Below are positions 13,550-26,913 of a stretch of DNA of 64,000 nucleotides, one piece after another. The stretch lies in assembly GCF_009914755.1 (NCBI RefSeq), contig NC_060925.1. The stretch is one strand, 5' to 3'. Source of the stretch: the human T2T-CHM13v2.0 reference genome, Homo sapiens. Position numbers and translations under genes: made by a program. Every line of letters begins with the position of its first letter. The stretch's first letter is position 1. The notes beneath the pieces are model-generated. The model did not search any database, had not been told where the DNA came from, and worked only from the letters and a program-made list of their open reading frames with translations.

Positions 13550-16131
13550 TGTTGCAGGACTTTTCATTAGTTCAGCTAAAAATGGGGTTCTTTGTCCCAT
13601 GGCCATGAAAATTCAGGCTCACAGACAATTTAAATGGTAAGACAGGTTTTTACTGAGTTAAAAGGAAGAAAAGGGGCAAACAGGAACTCTTGGAAGGACA
13701 GAGTCCCTGCTGGAGCGCTTCCTTCCCAACCTTCAAATCCCAGGTTCCACACAGGAAGAAGAGGGGCCTGACTCCTCCCCACAAAGGGTGTGAACTTCTG
13801 TGGCTCCACCCCATTGTGCAGGCTGGTTGGAGTTTTTCCGGGTATCCCCCTCCCACCTGGCTGTCTCATTCCCCTTTCTAAAGAAGTACATCAAACTTTT
13901 GTTAGATTAAGCATAAGGATGAAGACCCAGCTTAACTGCTTCCTGCTGACATGGGATGCTGTTTTGGGGAAACAACAGTCCGAGCTCCCTCAAAGGTCTA
14001 TTTAAGGTTTCCCAGCAGAAGGGGACATTGTCAGAGGCTCCAGCTGCATGACTATTTGGAGTTTGATGGCCTGAAGGCAAGAAGAGACAAACTATGTTAT
14101 TAGAAAACATGTATCCAAATGAAACAAGGGGAGGGTTAAGGACAGCTCAAAAATTCTGAGGCCTTTTACCAGTTTGCACAGGAAGAGGGAGGCCAAAAGC
14201 CCAACTGGTTAAAATACTTTACCCTTTTGCCAGCATGTTGGGCTTCTGGGTTCTCTTCCCCTGAGCCCAATCCTATGGCAGCCATTTTAAGGTTTGGGAA
14301 ATTAACTCTTTCCAGTTTGTAGGATGCATCTGAAGGGAGTGTCTTGTAGTACAGAGACACAATTACCTATTAGTGAAGAGAGGACAGAGAAGGAGAAAGG
14401 AAAAAAAGAGGCACCTGTTAAAGGAGTCCCAGAGGTTCAGGATGCATTCGGAAGGGGTACAGACTGAAGATGAATGGCTACCCATCTAGAAAGAGGGGAG
14501 CAGACATCCCTGGTTCACTTCTCTTCCTAGCAGATACCTGGGGCATGTGACGGAGAGAAGGAAGAGCATCCTCCTTCCTCTTCCGTGCTTGCGTCCCTGA
14601 GTTCCAGTGACCTTGGAAGGTCCTGCCATGAGTGCAAAAGAGCCTTGCACCCATGAAGCAGGGGGCTCTTAGGGGTGGGGATCATCCACTCTTACCCACG
14701 TATGCCCTGTCTCCCCTGCTGTAGGTAGCCTTGGAGTTCCCTAGATCTCATTTATGCTGTGGATATTAATGTGGCCTTTATCCATGAAATAGGAAGCTTG
14801 GGGTTGGCTTAATTGGCAGGAATCAGCCACACTCATCTGTGCTCTGCCTTTTGGCCTTGTAGTTGCCTGCCTCTGGATCCCTTAGATCCAGTTCTCTTTC
14901 TTAGAACATTGACCCGAAGCCTGGAATTGAGTTTGGGACAAAAATATGTCTCAGGGGCTTGCATGGACTCCTTCTCATAAGCCGAATGTTAAAGTGAGAC
15001 TCTGGAACTGAGTCCTTCTCCAACAAGGAAGAGAAAAAGATGGCTTGTGACACACCTAGATAACTGGTGGCTATAGTTATCCTTGCTACGATTTGAGTGT
15101 AGTGCAGCTTTTTAACTTCTGTTAAAAAAATACTTGATTCAAGTACTGGTCTTTCTTTAGGCCAAATTAATTAGAGCTCTTTTTACAGACATTACACATA
15201 ATAACACACACAGACAGGCAGAAGAAAACCCAGTCCCTACGAGATTCTTTTTCACAATGAAAAACTTTATGGAGAGTACAAACAGTGATAGTTGTGGGGC
15301 TTGGCCTAGTAAAACGTCTTCTAAAAAAAACCCAAAAAACAAAAACAAAAATCTTGCTTAAAACTTAACTGCTGACAGGGTAGAGAAGAGGGTAAAAAAG
15401 AGAATAGTTTAAAAATGCCTGGGGAAGAATCTCTTATTCTTAGGCAAGGGGTTCCTCTACCAAGAGAAAAGCTTAATTACTGTCCAATGGAGCTGAACCC
15501 CTTGACCAGAGAAGGAGAAGGCTCCAGTGGCTTGTGGTGGAAAATGCCAGCCAGCTGGCTCTGTGAGACCCTTGGGCCATGCATCCCAGCCCTGGCAGGG
15601 AGGGGAGAGCAGTGGGGAGCTGCTGCTCACCAGTGGGTCCTGAAAAAGGAAGGAAAATGCTACTAAAAGTCCCAGGAGCTAAGGGGGTTGGGGGCATGGT
15701 TTTATCTACTCTCAGGAGTCTGAGGATGAAAAGGCTTAGGAGCAACAGCGAGAGGTTTTGAGTCCCCATTTCATTCACTGCTTCTCTAGCCAAACGTTGG
15801 GTGCCAAAAATGTTGCAGAACTTTTCCTTAGTTCAGCTAAAAACAAGGTTCTTTCTCCCACAGCCATGAAAATTCAGGCTTGCAGACAATTTAAATGGTG
15901 AGTAAGACAGGGTTGTGGTGGGTGAAAAGGAAGGGGCAAGGAAGAACTCTTGGAAGGTGAGAGTCCCTGCTGGAGCATTTCCCTCCCACTTTTCAAATCC
16001 CAGGTTCCACACAGGAAGAGGAGAGGCCCGAGTCCTCCCCACTGCAAAGAGTGCAAATTTCTGTGGCTCCACCCCAGTGTGCAGGCTGGTTAGAGTATTT
16101 CTGGGGAGCCCCCTGCCACCTGCCTCTCTCA
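13550..16131 (-). mobile_element. MER61-type ERV1 provirus with two LTRs (13550-13868 and 15811-16131) and a short non-coding internal region
   Basis: Two ~320 bp direct repeats with TG...CA ends; PBS-like TGGCACCCAACGTTTGGC (minus strand, 15789-15806); polypurine tract AGAAAGGGGAA before the left LTR; near-TSD cagg/catg. Confidence 0.88.
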
Positions 16132-16627
16132 CATGGATGACTCTCAAATGCATTATTCCAAGCAAAAGAAGCTATTCTCAAAAGACTGCAAACTGTGTGA
16201 TTCCATGTTGATGACAGTCTTACAAGACAAAACTATGGGGACAGCAAACATACCAGTGGCTGCCAGAGATCATGGTAGAAAAAGAGGTTCACAACCAAGG
16301 GAAATAAGAGAAGGAGTTGTGGTCAGAGATAACTCTGACTTCCTGGTTGTCACTCCTGCCCCCACATGGCGTGTGACTTTTCTCAGCTCCGCAAGGCTTA
16401 AGGTGCTATCCTGGGAAGCAGTGGGTTTCTCCTTCCCTGGAATTAACCAAGCAGAGGCTGGAGGAACTCTTAGCAGAGAGGTGACAGAAGTCCTGAAAGC
16501 TTTTGCCACTGACAGACAATAAATACATATTTCTCCACTGACCCTATGACATGCAATAACTCTAGTCATTTCTTTTCTCTTCTCCCCTCTCCTCCTATCC
16601 CCTCCTCCTCTCTGTTTTCTTCTTCTC

Positions 16628-16707
16628 TATGGGTGGGGCCCAGCAATCTATGGTTCAACGGGCGTTTCAGGTGATCCTGTTGCTTCCTAGAGTTTGAGAG
16701 TCACTGC
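16628..16707. mobile_element. MER5A-like hAT DNA transposon fragment
   Basis: gggtggggcccagcaatct...caggtgat...agtttgagagtcactg terminus. Confidence 0.65.
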
Positions 16708-17883
16708 CTTAGGGAAAAGAATAGATGTGCTCCAAATTGCAAACAGGTAGGGAAAGAATTGCACCTTCGTGACGATGAAGGAGTCAAAGGTGGCCTTGTA
16801 CTTAACGTGTCATAATATGTGCAGTTGGAGGCTCAGGAGTTCGATCCACAGAGCAAACTCAATGAGAACACAGGGTCAGCATCCACAAACACCCTCAGAA
16901 GGGTGAAGCCTTTCAACTGTGATGCCTTCAGGAAAAATCCACAGAGGCCAGGAAGAAAAGTGATGGCAACAAAAAGTTGTTTCAAGCAAATGGGATAAAA
17001 TTAGTAAGGTCATGGGTAAAATGCAGTTAAGAGATTATGAGATATTCATCCCAAGTATGATGGTGACCAAAGTCCTATTTACAAAGAGGAGATTTATGGG
17101 GATCCTGAGATAAGAAGAACTTGTGTTCAAACAAGATATTTAAAAACAAAAACTCTCATGGTTCTACAGACCTGAGAATGGGGTTAACAAGACAGTTCTC
17201 ATTAAATGAAGGAGGTAGCCTAATAAATTAAGGGGATCATGAGGCCTCTGGACTCCAGGCTTCCCAGATTTGGGAAAGATCAGATGCATATGGTTTCTGC
17301 ATTTTGATTCTCAGCCATGATTTGAGGCCTTTCCTTAGAATCAGGTGCCTGGCTTCGTGGTCTCCATGCCATAGGCCCTGGACCTGAGCTGTTTGTGGCA
17401 GGTTCTGTTCTCTGGGCATGTTGTACTGGGGGCCCTGACCATCCTCTTCATGTTTGATTTCCTGCTCTTGTGTGACCTGCCTAAACTTGACAGGAGTTTC
17501 TTTGTGACACTGCATCCTTTTCCTGAGAGCATGCTGACATTTGGCCCCATTTGGGGAAACTCTGGCAACATGGCAGAGCACAAATGAATGAAATTCCAGG
17601 CATTCCATTTGGAGGCAGGGATGGTCCGTCCGGAGACACAGGTGGGTCTAAAATCCTGCAAAGATTGGAAGGGCTTCATGTGGCCTAGGAATGATGACAG
17701 ATTTGTGGGTCTTAACAGTGACCACCATATGGAGACACATTCCAAGAACAGAAGTTGAGTGTGCAAGGTCTGCAGACAGACGCCCAGCTCTGTCACTTTC
17801 TAACTGGGTGTGCCTGGACAACTTATGAAAAGTAGTTTCACATCTTTCTAAAATGGAAATATGAATATATTAATGGTACCTAC

Positions 17884-18420
17884 TGTTATAGGGCCAATAG
17901 GTTTCTATGACCGCTGTGCAGTAACAGACCACTTACACTAGGTCAGCAGGGTTTGCAGCAGAGGAAGAGTTTAGTGATCACAGGGCACTGAGTGAGAAGA
18001 TAGAAGAAGATCCTCAAATCCATCTCCCTGAGAAGTTCTGGGCTGGGGTTTTTAAGGATATCGTGGAGGGTGAGAGGCCAGAAAATTGGGGTTGTTGATT
18101 GGTTGGGGTAAGGGGGAAGAAATAATCAGCATTTGGAAACTGCATATTTTGGTGAGTCAGCTGCTCCTGGGATCATTCAGACCCACTGAGTCAGTAGTTT
18201 AATCAGTATGCAAGACCTGAGGGAATATCTCAAAGGGAAAACATAACATTTCAAGTTGTTATTTATAGAACAGTTGATAGGAACTATAATCTTAAAAGAG
18301 GATCTACATGATTCTGAGGCCATAGGCACCAAACAACTGTGGGGAAGCAGTTAGAAAGCAGCAGACCTCATGATTAGTGCTGAAGGTGCTGCAAGCTCGG
18401 TTTATTTTCACTTCTACCCT
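17884..18420 (-). mobile_element. ERV1 LTR (LTR8/LTR26-like)
   Basis: cctcaaatccatctccctgag...ggggtttttaaggata...gattggttgggg pattern typical of MER4-group LTRs; right boundary approximate. Confidence 0.6.
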
Positions 18421-19096
18421 CTTCCTCTCCCTGTCCCCAATCCCAGGATTCAGAAAGACAATTATGAGAGTTCAGAGGTGTTGGTGCCTCTATGATGCTG
18501 CAAGCAACATTTTCCAGGATGGCCTTGAGCTTGGGTGGGAAAGCAGGCATGGTAATGGGAATGGGTCAGGCACAGGCTGCTGAGGACAGAGCATTGGAAA
18601 GACCATCATGACCTTTAGAATTCTGTAATCAGTGGATTTGACCTTTCATAAATTGCCTGAAGTTCTGTAGCACGTAGCAATTCATAAATTTACAAATACA
18701 AAAACATTGCATTGTGTATTCTCTGAGGTTGGTGTATTGTAGATGGCTTAGCTAGTGAGTGAGCCTAGTAGGCTGCCAAGTGATCCTAAAATCATGGCTT
18801 AGTGGCTCTCGTGCTGTACATTGTTGAACCACTCTAACTGTTAGAAATGCCTTCCTGAAAACTTTCTCCTTCTAAAAGTCATCATTTGTATCTACATTTT
18901 GTTCCTAGTATACAAAGTGTCATTCCCTCCTCCATAAAGTCGCTTCAAATAGCTGAAGAGCTACAGCGTGGAACAGGCCAATATGGGAGACACCAGGGAC
19001 TGGTAGGCCCTCATTTCAACACCGCATCAGAGGAATCCAGAGGCTTATCTAAGGGAGAACCTGTTTGTCATTGAAATCGTCCACCATTCAATGAAG

Positions 19097-19129
19097 TTGC
19101 AGTTCTTGCTTGAACCACTAGGTGTCACT
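19097..19129 (+). promoter_or_regulatory. Candidate CTCF site with upstream motif
   Basis: TTGCAGTTCT upstream motif followed by TGAACCACTAGGTGTCACT core. Motif match only. Confidence 0.55.
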
Positions 19130-19609
19130 GACACTATGCGTGGCAGACACTAGTGTGGGGCTGAGAATGAGTCCCCTGTTAAAAGTCAAACATGCCCTTT
19201 GAATCCCAATTTTGACTTAAATTGTTTTATTATCACATTACTCAAAGGCATACAAACAAAATCTAGACACCGTATGCTTATCTCAAAACAATAAAATTAA
19301 AAGTATAGAAATAGAAACAAAGCAATAACATTCAAGTTAATTTAATGTGCTAGGTAATGTTATTCTACTGGAACTAAATGGGTGATTTGGACTTTTTAAC
19401 ATCACTAATGTGCATTCATATTTTTTTGGTCTACTGGTCATGGACTTAAGTCTATTTACTACCCATATGATGGACCAACATTTGAGTCATTTTAAAAACT
19501 TTTACTTAAAAACTAGCTATTTTAAAAATCATCAACCCATCCTTTTCAGGTGCCAATAGATTGAAGAATACAATTCCAACAATTCAATTCAATTATACCC
19601 CATTTTACG

Positions 19610-19734
19610 CAATCCCTTGCTGTACTGATTCATTATAATGCTAATTACCTTTGAAATATTTCAAAAATGTTTCAAATATTTCAATCCCTTGCTGTATTGA
19701 TTCATTATAATGCTAATTACATTTGAAATATTTC
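19610..19734. repeat. Direct duplication, two ~52 bp copies at period 72
   Basis: caatcccttgctgta(c/t)tgattcattataatgctaattac(c/a)tttgaaatattt at 19610 and 19682. Confidence 0.9.
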
Positions 19735-20569
19735 CCTAAAAGAGTTATATGTAAATACAAACTATTGCAGTAGCTAGTAATATTTTCTTTGTGTCCTTCA
19801 GTGAATGAGAGCTAGCCAGACCTTGGGGAGCAGAAACTACCAGGTCTGCTCCATCCTTCCTGACACCGCCACCAGGTGCAACTTGGGTCAAGCAGTGCAG
19901 CTGCTTCACCCCTGCCCTGTAGGTCTCTGTGGTCTCAAGGCCCCAACACACGTGCCTCCACCAGCTTTGTCATCAGAGGCAACATACCCCAGAACCATCG
20001 GCTGCTGACACTGGGTTTCAACTATGAGGCCAAATACGTGGGTTACCCTCCCTGCCCTGCCCTGCTCAGCTCAGCTCAGCCATCACAGGTCTGGACCTTC
20101 AGGCGCGAACTCTGAAAGGAGTCTTAAGCAGAACAGCATCATATCCTGGGAGCACAACTGGGAAGCTGGGAATCCATGTGTGGGTTCCATCCCTCCCTAG
20201 CCTCTGCAAATTAACATATAAGGAGAAGAGTCCCATTAATTCACCCAAGTTACCAGCTCTTTCCCACAGTGGTGCTACACACACCAAGAAATGTGAGGAT
20301 GTGGCTAGGCATCTGTTAGAAAAATTTCCAAATATTCCATTGTAATTACTGGTCTCTCTAATATCTGCAGTGGGAGCTGATCTGCATTAAGTAAGCATCT
20401 CAAGAGTGAAGAATGGCTTGATTCCAAGTGAACTCAAATCTCAGCCTTACAACAGCCAAGATACCCTGCTCTGCCTTTTGTTTCAGGAAACAAACTTTGT
20501 AGCTTCTGCAAAGCTCTTCATCCTTACTCAAGAAATTCTCCCAGAAGGGTTTGCAATGAGCATGTTGTT

Positions 20570-20923
20570 TTCTCTCTCTCTTTCTTTCTTTCTTTCTCTC
20601 TCTTTCTTTCTTTCTCTCTCTCTTTCTCTCTTTCTTTTTTTTTTTGACAGAGTCTTGTTCTATTTCCCAGGCTGGAGTGCAGTGACATGATCTCGGCTCA
20701 CTGCAACCTCCGCCTCCTGGGTTCAATTGATTCTTCTGCCTCAGCCTCCTGAGTAGCTGGGATTACAGGTGTGTACCACCATGCCCGGCTAATTTTCTGT
20801 TTCTCAGTAGAGATGTTGTTTCACCATGCTGACCAGGCTGGTCTCGAACTCCTGACCTCATGATCCACCCACCTTGGCCTCCCAAAGTATGGGGATTACA
20901 GGCGTGAGCCACCACGCCCAGCC
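20570..20923 (-). mobile_element. AluS (Sg/Sc-like) with (CTTT/CT)n microsatellite tail
   Basis: Full dimer; TSD gcatgttgttttct / gcctgctgttttct. Confidence 0.92.
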
Positions 20924-21938
20924 GCCTGCTGTTTTCTTTAGGCTCTGCTCCCAGAGATAGTAACACAAATGATACTGGTTACCAAGTTGGTGGGCCTTGC
21001 AGAAACTAAAATACACACTCACAGATATGAACATTAATGGGGCACTACCATCACTGGAAAACACTGCATAAGCCCAGGACACTGACCTGAAGTGCAAATG
21101 TTTTCAACAAATTCAGAGAAAGACCACAGAAACTAAGCTTTCAGAAGATAGCTACCCACAGTCCAGCCTCTAAACCCCCCTGTGTCTACACAGTAGATAA
21201 GCAGAGAACATCAACATGTGTCTCTCTCAACTTAAGTTCCAGGGGGAAGATGCAAACAGAAAGGGGAGACATGGTTTGACTCATGATATCATCAGAAAAA
21301 TGACAGACCAGGCCAGACAGTCCCCCATTCCCATGTAAGAAGAAAAACAGTACATGAATCTAATATGCAGTTGTAGAAAAGTTAAAATTTTTCTCTAAGA
21401 AACACAAGGAAACTTTGTTAATATACTTTAAACTGATGAATTGTACTGGATGTAAACTGGACCTCAATAGAAGCCATCAGCCCCTGAATCACACTTGCTC
21501 CCTCCTATCTCAGACCTTCTCACACACCACTCCCTCTGCCTGGAATGTCACGTCCGTTTCCTCCCAGTTCCCAGCTCTTTCATGCTACATCTGATCTGCA
21601 GTGTTTTGCTTCTGAACCATTTATTATTTGTAATTAAAAGTTATGTGTGCCTGTTGCTTTTAACATGTGGTTCTCTCTGCATACATACGCTCCATGAAGG
21701 GCTGTTTTCTCATCATCAGATGAGCCCATCTGGGAATGTGGATTGAAACTACCACCTCTTGCCCCATCCTGGAACTGTGAAAAACCGATGATCTCTCTAA
21801 GAAGACTCTGATCAAATCCTTTTCTGGCAGCGGGGGTCAGTCCCCACCAGGGTCTATATTGCCCTTGAGCCTTGAAGACCCCTAGGTTTGAATTATTTTT
21901 TTACAGGAAGAAAATGTAAAAATAAAATAAAATACTGA

Positions 21939-22258
21939 AATATATATATGTATATATATATATATATATTTTTTTTGAAATGGAATTTCGTTCTTGTTGC
22001 TCATGCTAGAGTGCAATGGCGTGATCTTGGCTGATTAGAACCTTGGCCTCCCGGGTTCAAGCAAGTCTCCTGCCTCAGCCTCCTGAGTAGCTGGGATTAC
22101 AGGCATGTGCCACAATGCCCGGCTGATTCTGTATTTTTAGTAGAGATGGGGTTTCTCCATGTTGGTCAGGCTGGCCTTGACCTCCCAACCTCAGGAGATC
22201 CGCCTGCCTCGGCCTCCCAGAGTGCTGGGATTAAGGGTGTGGGCCACTGCGCCCTGCC
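21939..22258 (-). mobile_element. AluSp/Sq-like with (TA)n-expanded tail
   Basis: ttcgttcttgttgc, gtgcaatggc, tttctccatgttggtcagg diagnostics; TSD tgaaata. Confidence 0.9.
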
Positions 22259-22269
22259 TGAAATAGTTT

Positions 22270-23500
<1,231 letters not shown>

Positions 23501-23539
23501 GCTAAGTTGTTTTCTTTTTAAACACTGTATTGGAAGTAT

Positions 23540-23780
23540 AGAAAAAATGATACGGGGCCAGACTGATCTGAGTTTGAATTTTTGCTCCAGTATTTACCAG
23601 CCTTGGATCTGGATTAAGTCCCTTTGATCCTCTAAACCTTGTTTTCTCATCTATAAAGTGAATACATTGATTATACCCACCACAAAGAGTTATTTTGGGA
23701 ATTGAGATAATGCATATCAAGTGCTTAGCCTCATTGCCTTGTACATAGTAGGCACTAAATGACTGTTAACTGAATGAAAT
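23540..23780 (+). mobile_element. MIR SINE
   Basis: gttttctcatctataaagtg...gagataatgcat...gtgcttagc...acatagtaggcactaaat. Confidence 0.75.
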
Positions 23781-24875
23781 ATTCAGGGAGCACACAGCCA
23801 GATGTAAACACGTAGAGCAGATGCCCAGGGCCCCCAGAGATTATTCAGAAGCCTGCAAATAAATTTGTTAGAAGAGCAGATTTTGTCCTTTGGTGAGGAC
23901 AGCTTTCCAAAGGGATAAAACCTATTTCAAAGCCCTAAGGATAGGGACACCCAGGCCAATCAATTAGTAGTAGACATTTTTTCTGGGTGGGAGTGGGGAT
24001 GTTCTTTGCATGGTTAGATTCTAATAAATGGGCCCTCCTGCATCTGCCCACCCTACAGGGAATGGGGACAGTGGACTTCCCTCCTTCCCTCTGCACATTC
24101 CCTGACCAGAAGGTCCAGGGGAAAGGATGGGCAGAGAGCAGAGTAGTTACATAGGTGTGATGGGCAGAGGCCAGATCTCCCTCCAGGTCATGAGGAGACT
24201 CACGGCAGATCTCAGTAGATGGAAGTGTTCAGCCCCGAGGACAGCCATCTCTGCACAGGAGAAATTCTTCCATGTAGGGAGGTTTTGAGGACTTTGGCAA
24301 CAGCAGCCAACATCATTTGCAGAGTGTAAAGGTCTCTGAAGGTCAGTGGGGGAGAAAACATCCACTCCTTGATGGAGCTGGTGTCGAGTGAGGGTCCTGG
24401 CAAGAAAAGGGCTACACTCTCTAACCAAATCCCAGACAGGAGCGAGGGCTTCTGCCTCATTTTTAGCCTTGTCTTATCTCTGATTGGTATTTTGGTTGGT
24501 GAGGCTCTTGGGATCATGCCACACACTTAACTCTACCCCAGAGACTGCGACCCTAGGCACACATTTATACAGTTCCCCATGGTTTCCTAATGGTCATTTG
24601 AAATAATTGCCTTTTTCATAACCTGTTCTTTCTAGTCCTTTGAAAACAAATACGTAATCTATTCAGCTTATCCATTTGCTTAGGTTTAATGACATTTCTT
24701 TCTGATGAGTGAAGAATCTACTGGGGGTGTGGAGGGAAGTGTTATAAATATACACTTTAAAAATTTTCTTTCATTGTAAATGGGTTTCAGTGGTTCATAC
24801 TTTAAAATGCAGAAATAAGTTGACTAAAAGAATTAGTGTGTATCTATCCTCAGGTGTTTGCTGTCCTCAAGGAGA

Positions 24876-25190
24876 TTTTCTTTTCTTTTTTTTTTTTGAG
24901 ACAGGTTCTCCCTCTATTGCCGTGACTGGAGTGCAGTGGTGCTATCAGTGCTTCCTGTAGCCTTGACCTCCCTGGCTCAAGCAATCCTCTCACCTCAGCC
25001 TACCAAGTAACTAGGACCACAGGTGTGCACCACCTCGCCCAGATAATTTTTAGGTTTTTTTTTTTTTTTTGGTAGAGACGAGGTCTCATTGTGTTGCCTA
25101 TGCTGGTTTCAAAATCCTGGGCTCAAGCCATCCTCCCACCTCTGCCTCCCAGAGTGTTGGGATTACAGGTGTGGGCCACCAAGCCTGTCT
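24876..25190 (-). mobile_element. AluJ SINE
   Basis: Diverged dimer with gctcaagcaatcctc and ggtctcattgtgttgcc. Confidence 0.88.
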
Positions 25191-26426
25191 AATAGTTTTA
25201 CTTTGAAAGAAAAATTGGAAAATACAGAGCCATGACTCTCGCCTGGTGGTAAAGCCAGCACCTTCGGAATGGAGGAAAGATCTCCCAGATGCAGGGTTCA
25301 GAATGAAATAGGAGCATTGGCTGAGCATATGCCAGGGACCTCACTGGGCACGCACAGGGCCTCACTTACTCAACGCAGACACTCCCTGAAGTGGGTGCTT
25401 GTGCACCATTGTGATGAGCTCATAGGCTCAGGCAAGTTCAGCAATCTGTCCCGGGTCACCCAGATAATAAGTGGAAGATGAGATTCAGACCCAGTTCTGT
25501 GCAGTTCTAAAGCCCGGGCTTTCCCAGACCAGCAGACTAAGGCTCGGCCCATCTAGGGAGGGCTCAATACTTGGAAGGCGCTGGTCAGCGCAGAAGCGAG
25601 GCTGGTGGGCATGTGTCCTCGGGGCAGGGTCACAGGCATCAGCCCACCAGGGAGGTGTTTCCAGCCGGGGTTACGGGGTCTCGGGGTGTTCCTGAATGTG
25701 GGAGTAAAGTCCCTCACCCTGACCATCTCGGAGTCTGTGTCCAGTAATATCCCTTGTTATCTGGAAGATACTCCCCTATTAATAGGGAGTATCTTGGTTT
25801 GCTGACTTGGTACCCATCCCCAGACAGGAGTATCTTTTCTATTATAAATGAGTAACTTGCTTTCTGCTTTATGAATCATTGTCCACATAATTTTGTCACC
25901 ATGAATGTATCACCAGGAGTCTGTTACTACATAGTATAAGAATTTAGAGTTTTTAAACCTAAGATACTGAGGTTAAAACTGTAGACTTTGAGGTTCTCCC
26001 CATGAGGGGTAAAGGGTTTAGGGGGAAATTAGGTTCTACATCTGAAAAATAAAGTCGAAAAGATGTGGCCAAGGGAACTACTGAGGGGGTCAGGAACCAG
26101 GTAGGTGATGTTTATCAGGATGGGGAGAGGGAGTAAAAGAGGGTCAGGAGCAAGATAAGGGCAACAAATGCTTACCCAGCATTCATCTAATGAGATGACA
26201 ATTCTTGTCTCCATTTTACACAACAGGAAACTGATGCTTAGAGAAGTTACACAACTTGATTAGGATCAAACAGCTAATATTTGGCAAGGCTGGGACTTGA
26301 ACCTCATTTTCCGGATGCTAGTGCCCAGTCACTTTCCATAATGCCAAATGGCATCTCAGAATCCCAGCACCTCTTCTCTAAGTGCTTTCCCGGTTTTCCT
26401 CAAATCCGGAAACTGTTGGTCTTTTG

Positions 26427-26459
26427 GGCAATTCTGAGCACAGCCACTAAGTGGCGACA
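26427..26459 (+). promoter_or_regulatory. Candidate CTCF site with upstream motif
   Basis: GGCAATTCT followed by CAGCCACTAAGTGGCGAC. Motif match only. Confidence 0.4.
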
Positions 26460-26913
26460 TTGCCCGACTATGGCTCAGCCCTGTTTCTCTGGGGAAGAAT
26501 GGGGGAGGGGAGGCAGTCGGAGTTGCCCTGTTGTGTGTTGTGCTGTGTGTGGGGCTTTCTTCTATCTATTTAGTCCTCCCAGCAACCCTGCAGAGGAGGT
26601 ATTATCCCATTTTCCAGATGAGGCCATTGAGGATGTGCTGGATGACAGAGCTTAGCGGTAGAAGCAGGGATGGAATCAGTGTCCCGCTGGATCCCAAGTT
26701 CTGCCTCCAAGCATGCTGGGCTCCCAAAAATAAAGTCATTTTGTGCCCTCAAATTTTAGTCTGGTGGGGAGGTAGATGGGGGAACTCCCTTCAGCCTGGG
26801 CTTGGACGGCCTAGTGAAGAAGGGTGGAGGAGAAGTAACCATGCCTTTCCTTCGGTTACTGGAGGGAAGAATTAAGTTTTAAAGTGGAAGTTAAGTACAG
26901 TTAAAATTACTCT

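Noticed and set aside
17237-17796. Two overlapping minus-strand ORFs (123 and 151 aa)
   Set aside because: No homology recognised, no poly-A/TSD or convincing splice sites; the longer one starts in a MIR
25560-25700. Small CpG-containing GC-rich patch as a CpG island
   Set aside because: Too short and too CpG-poor by eye
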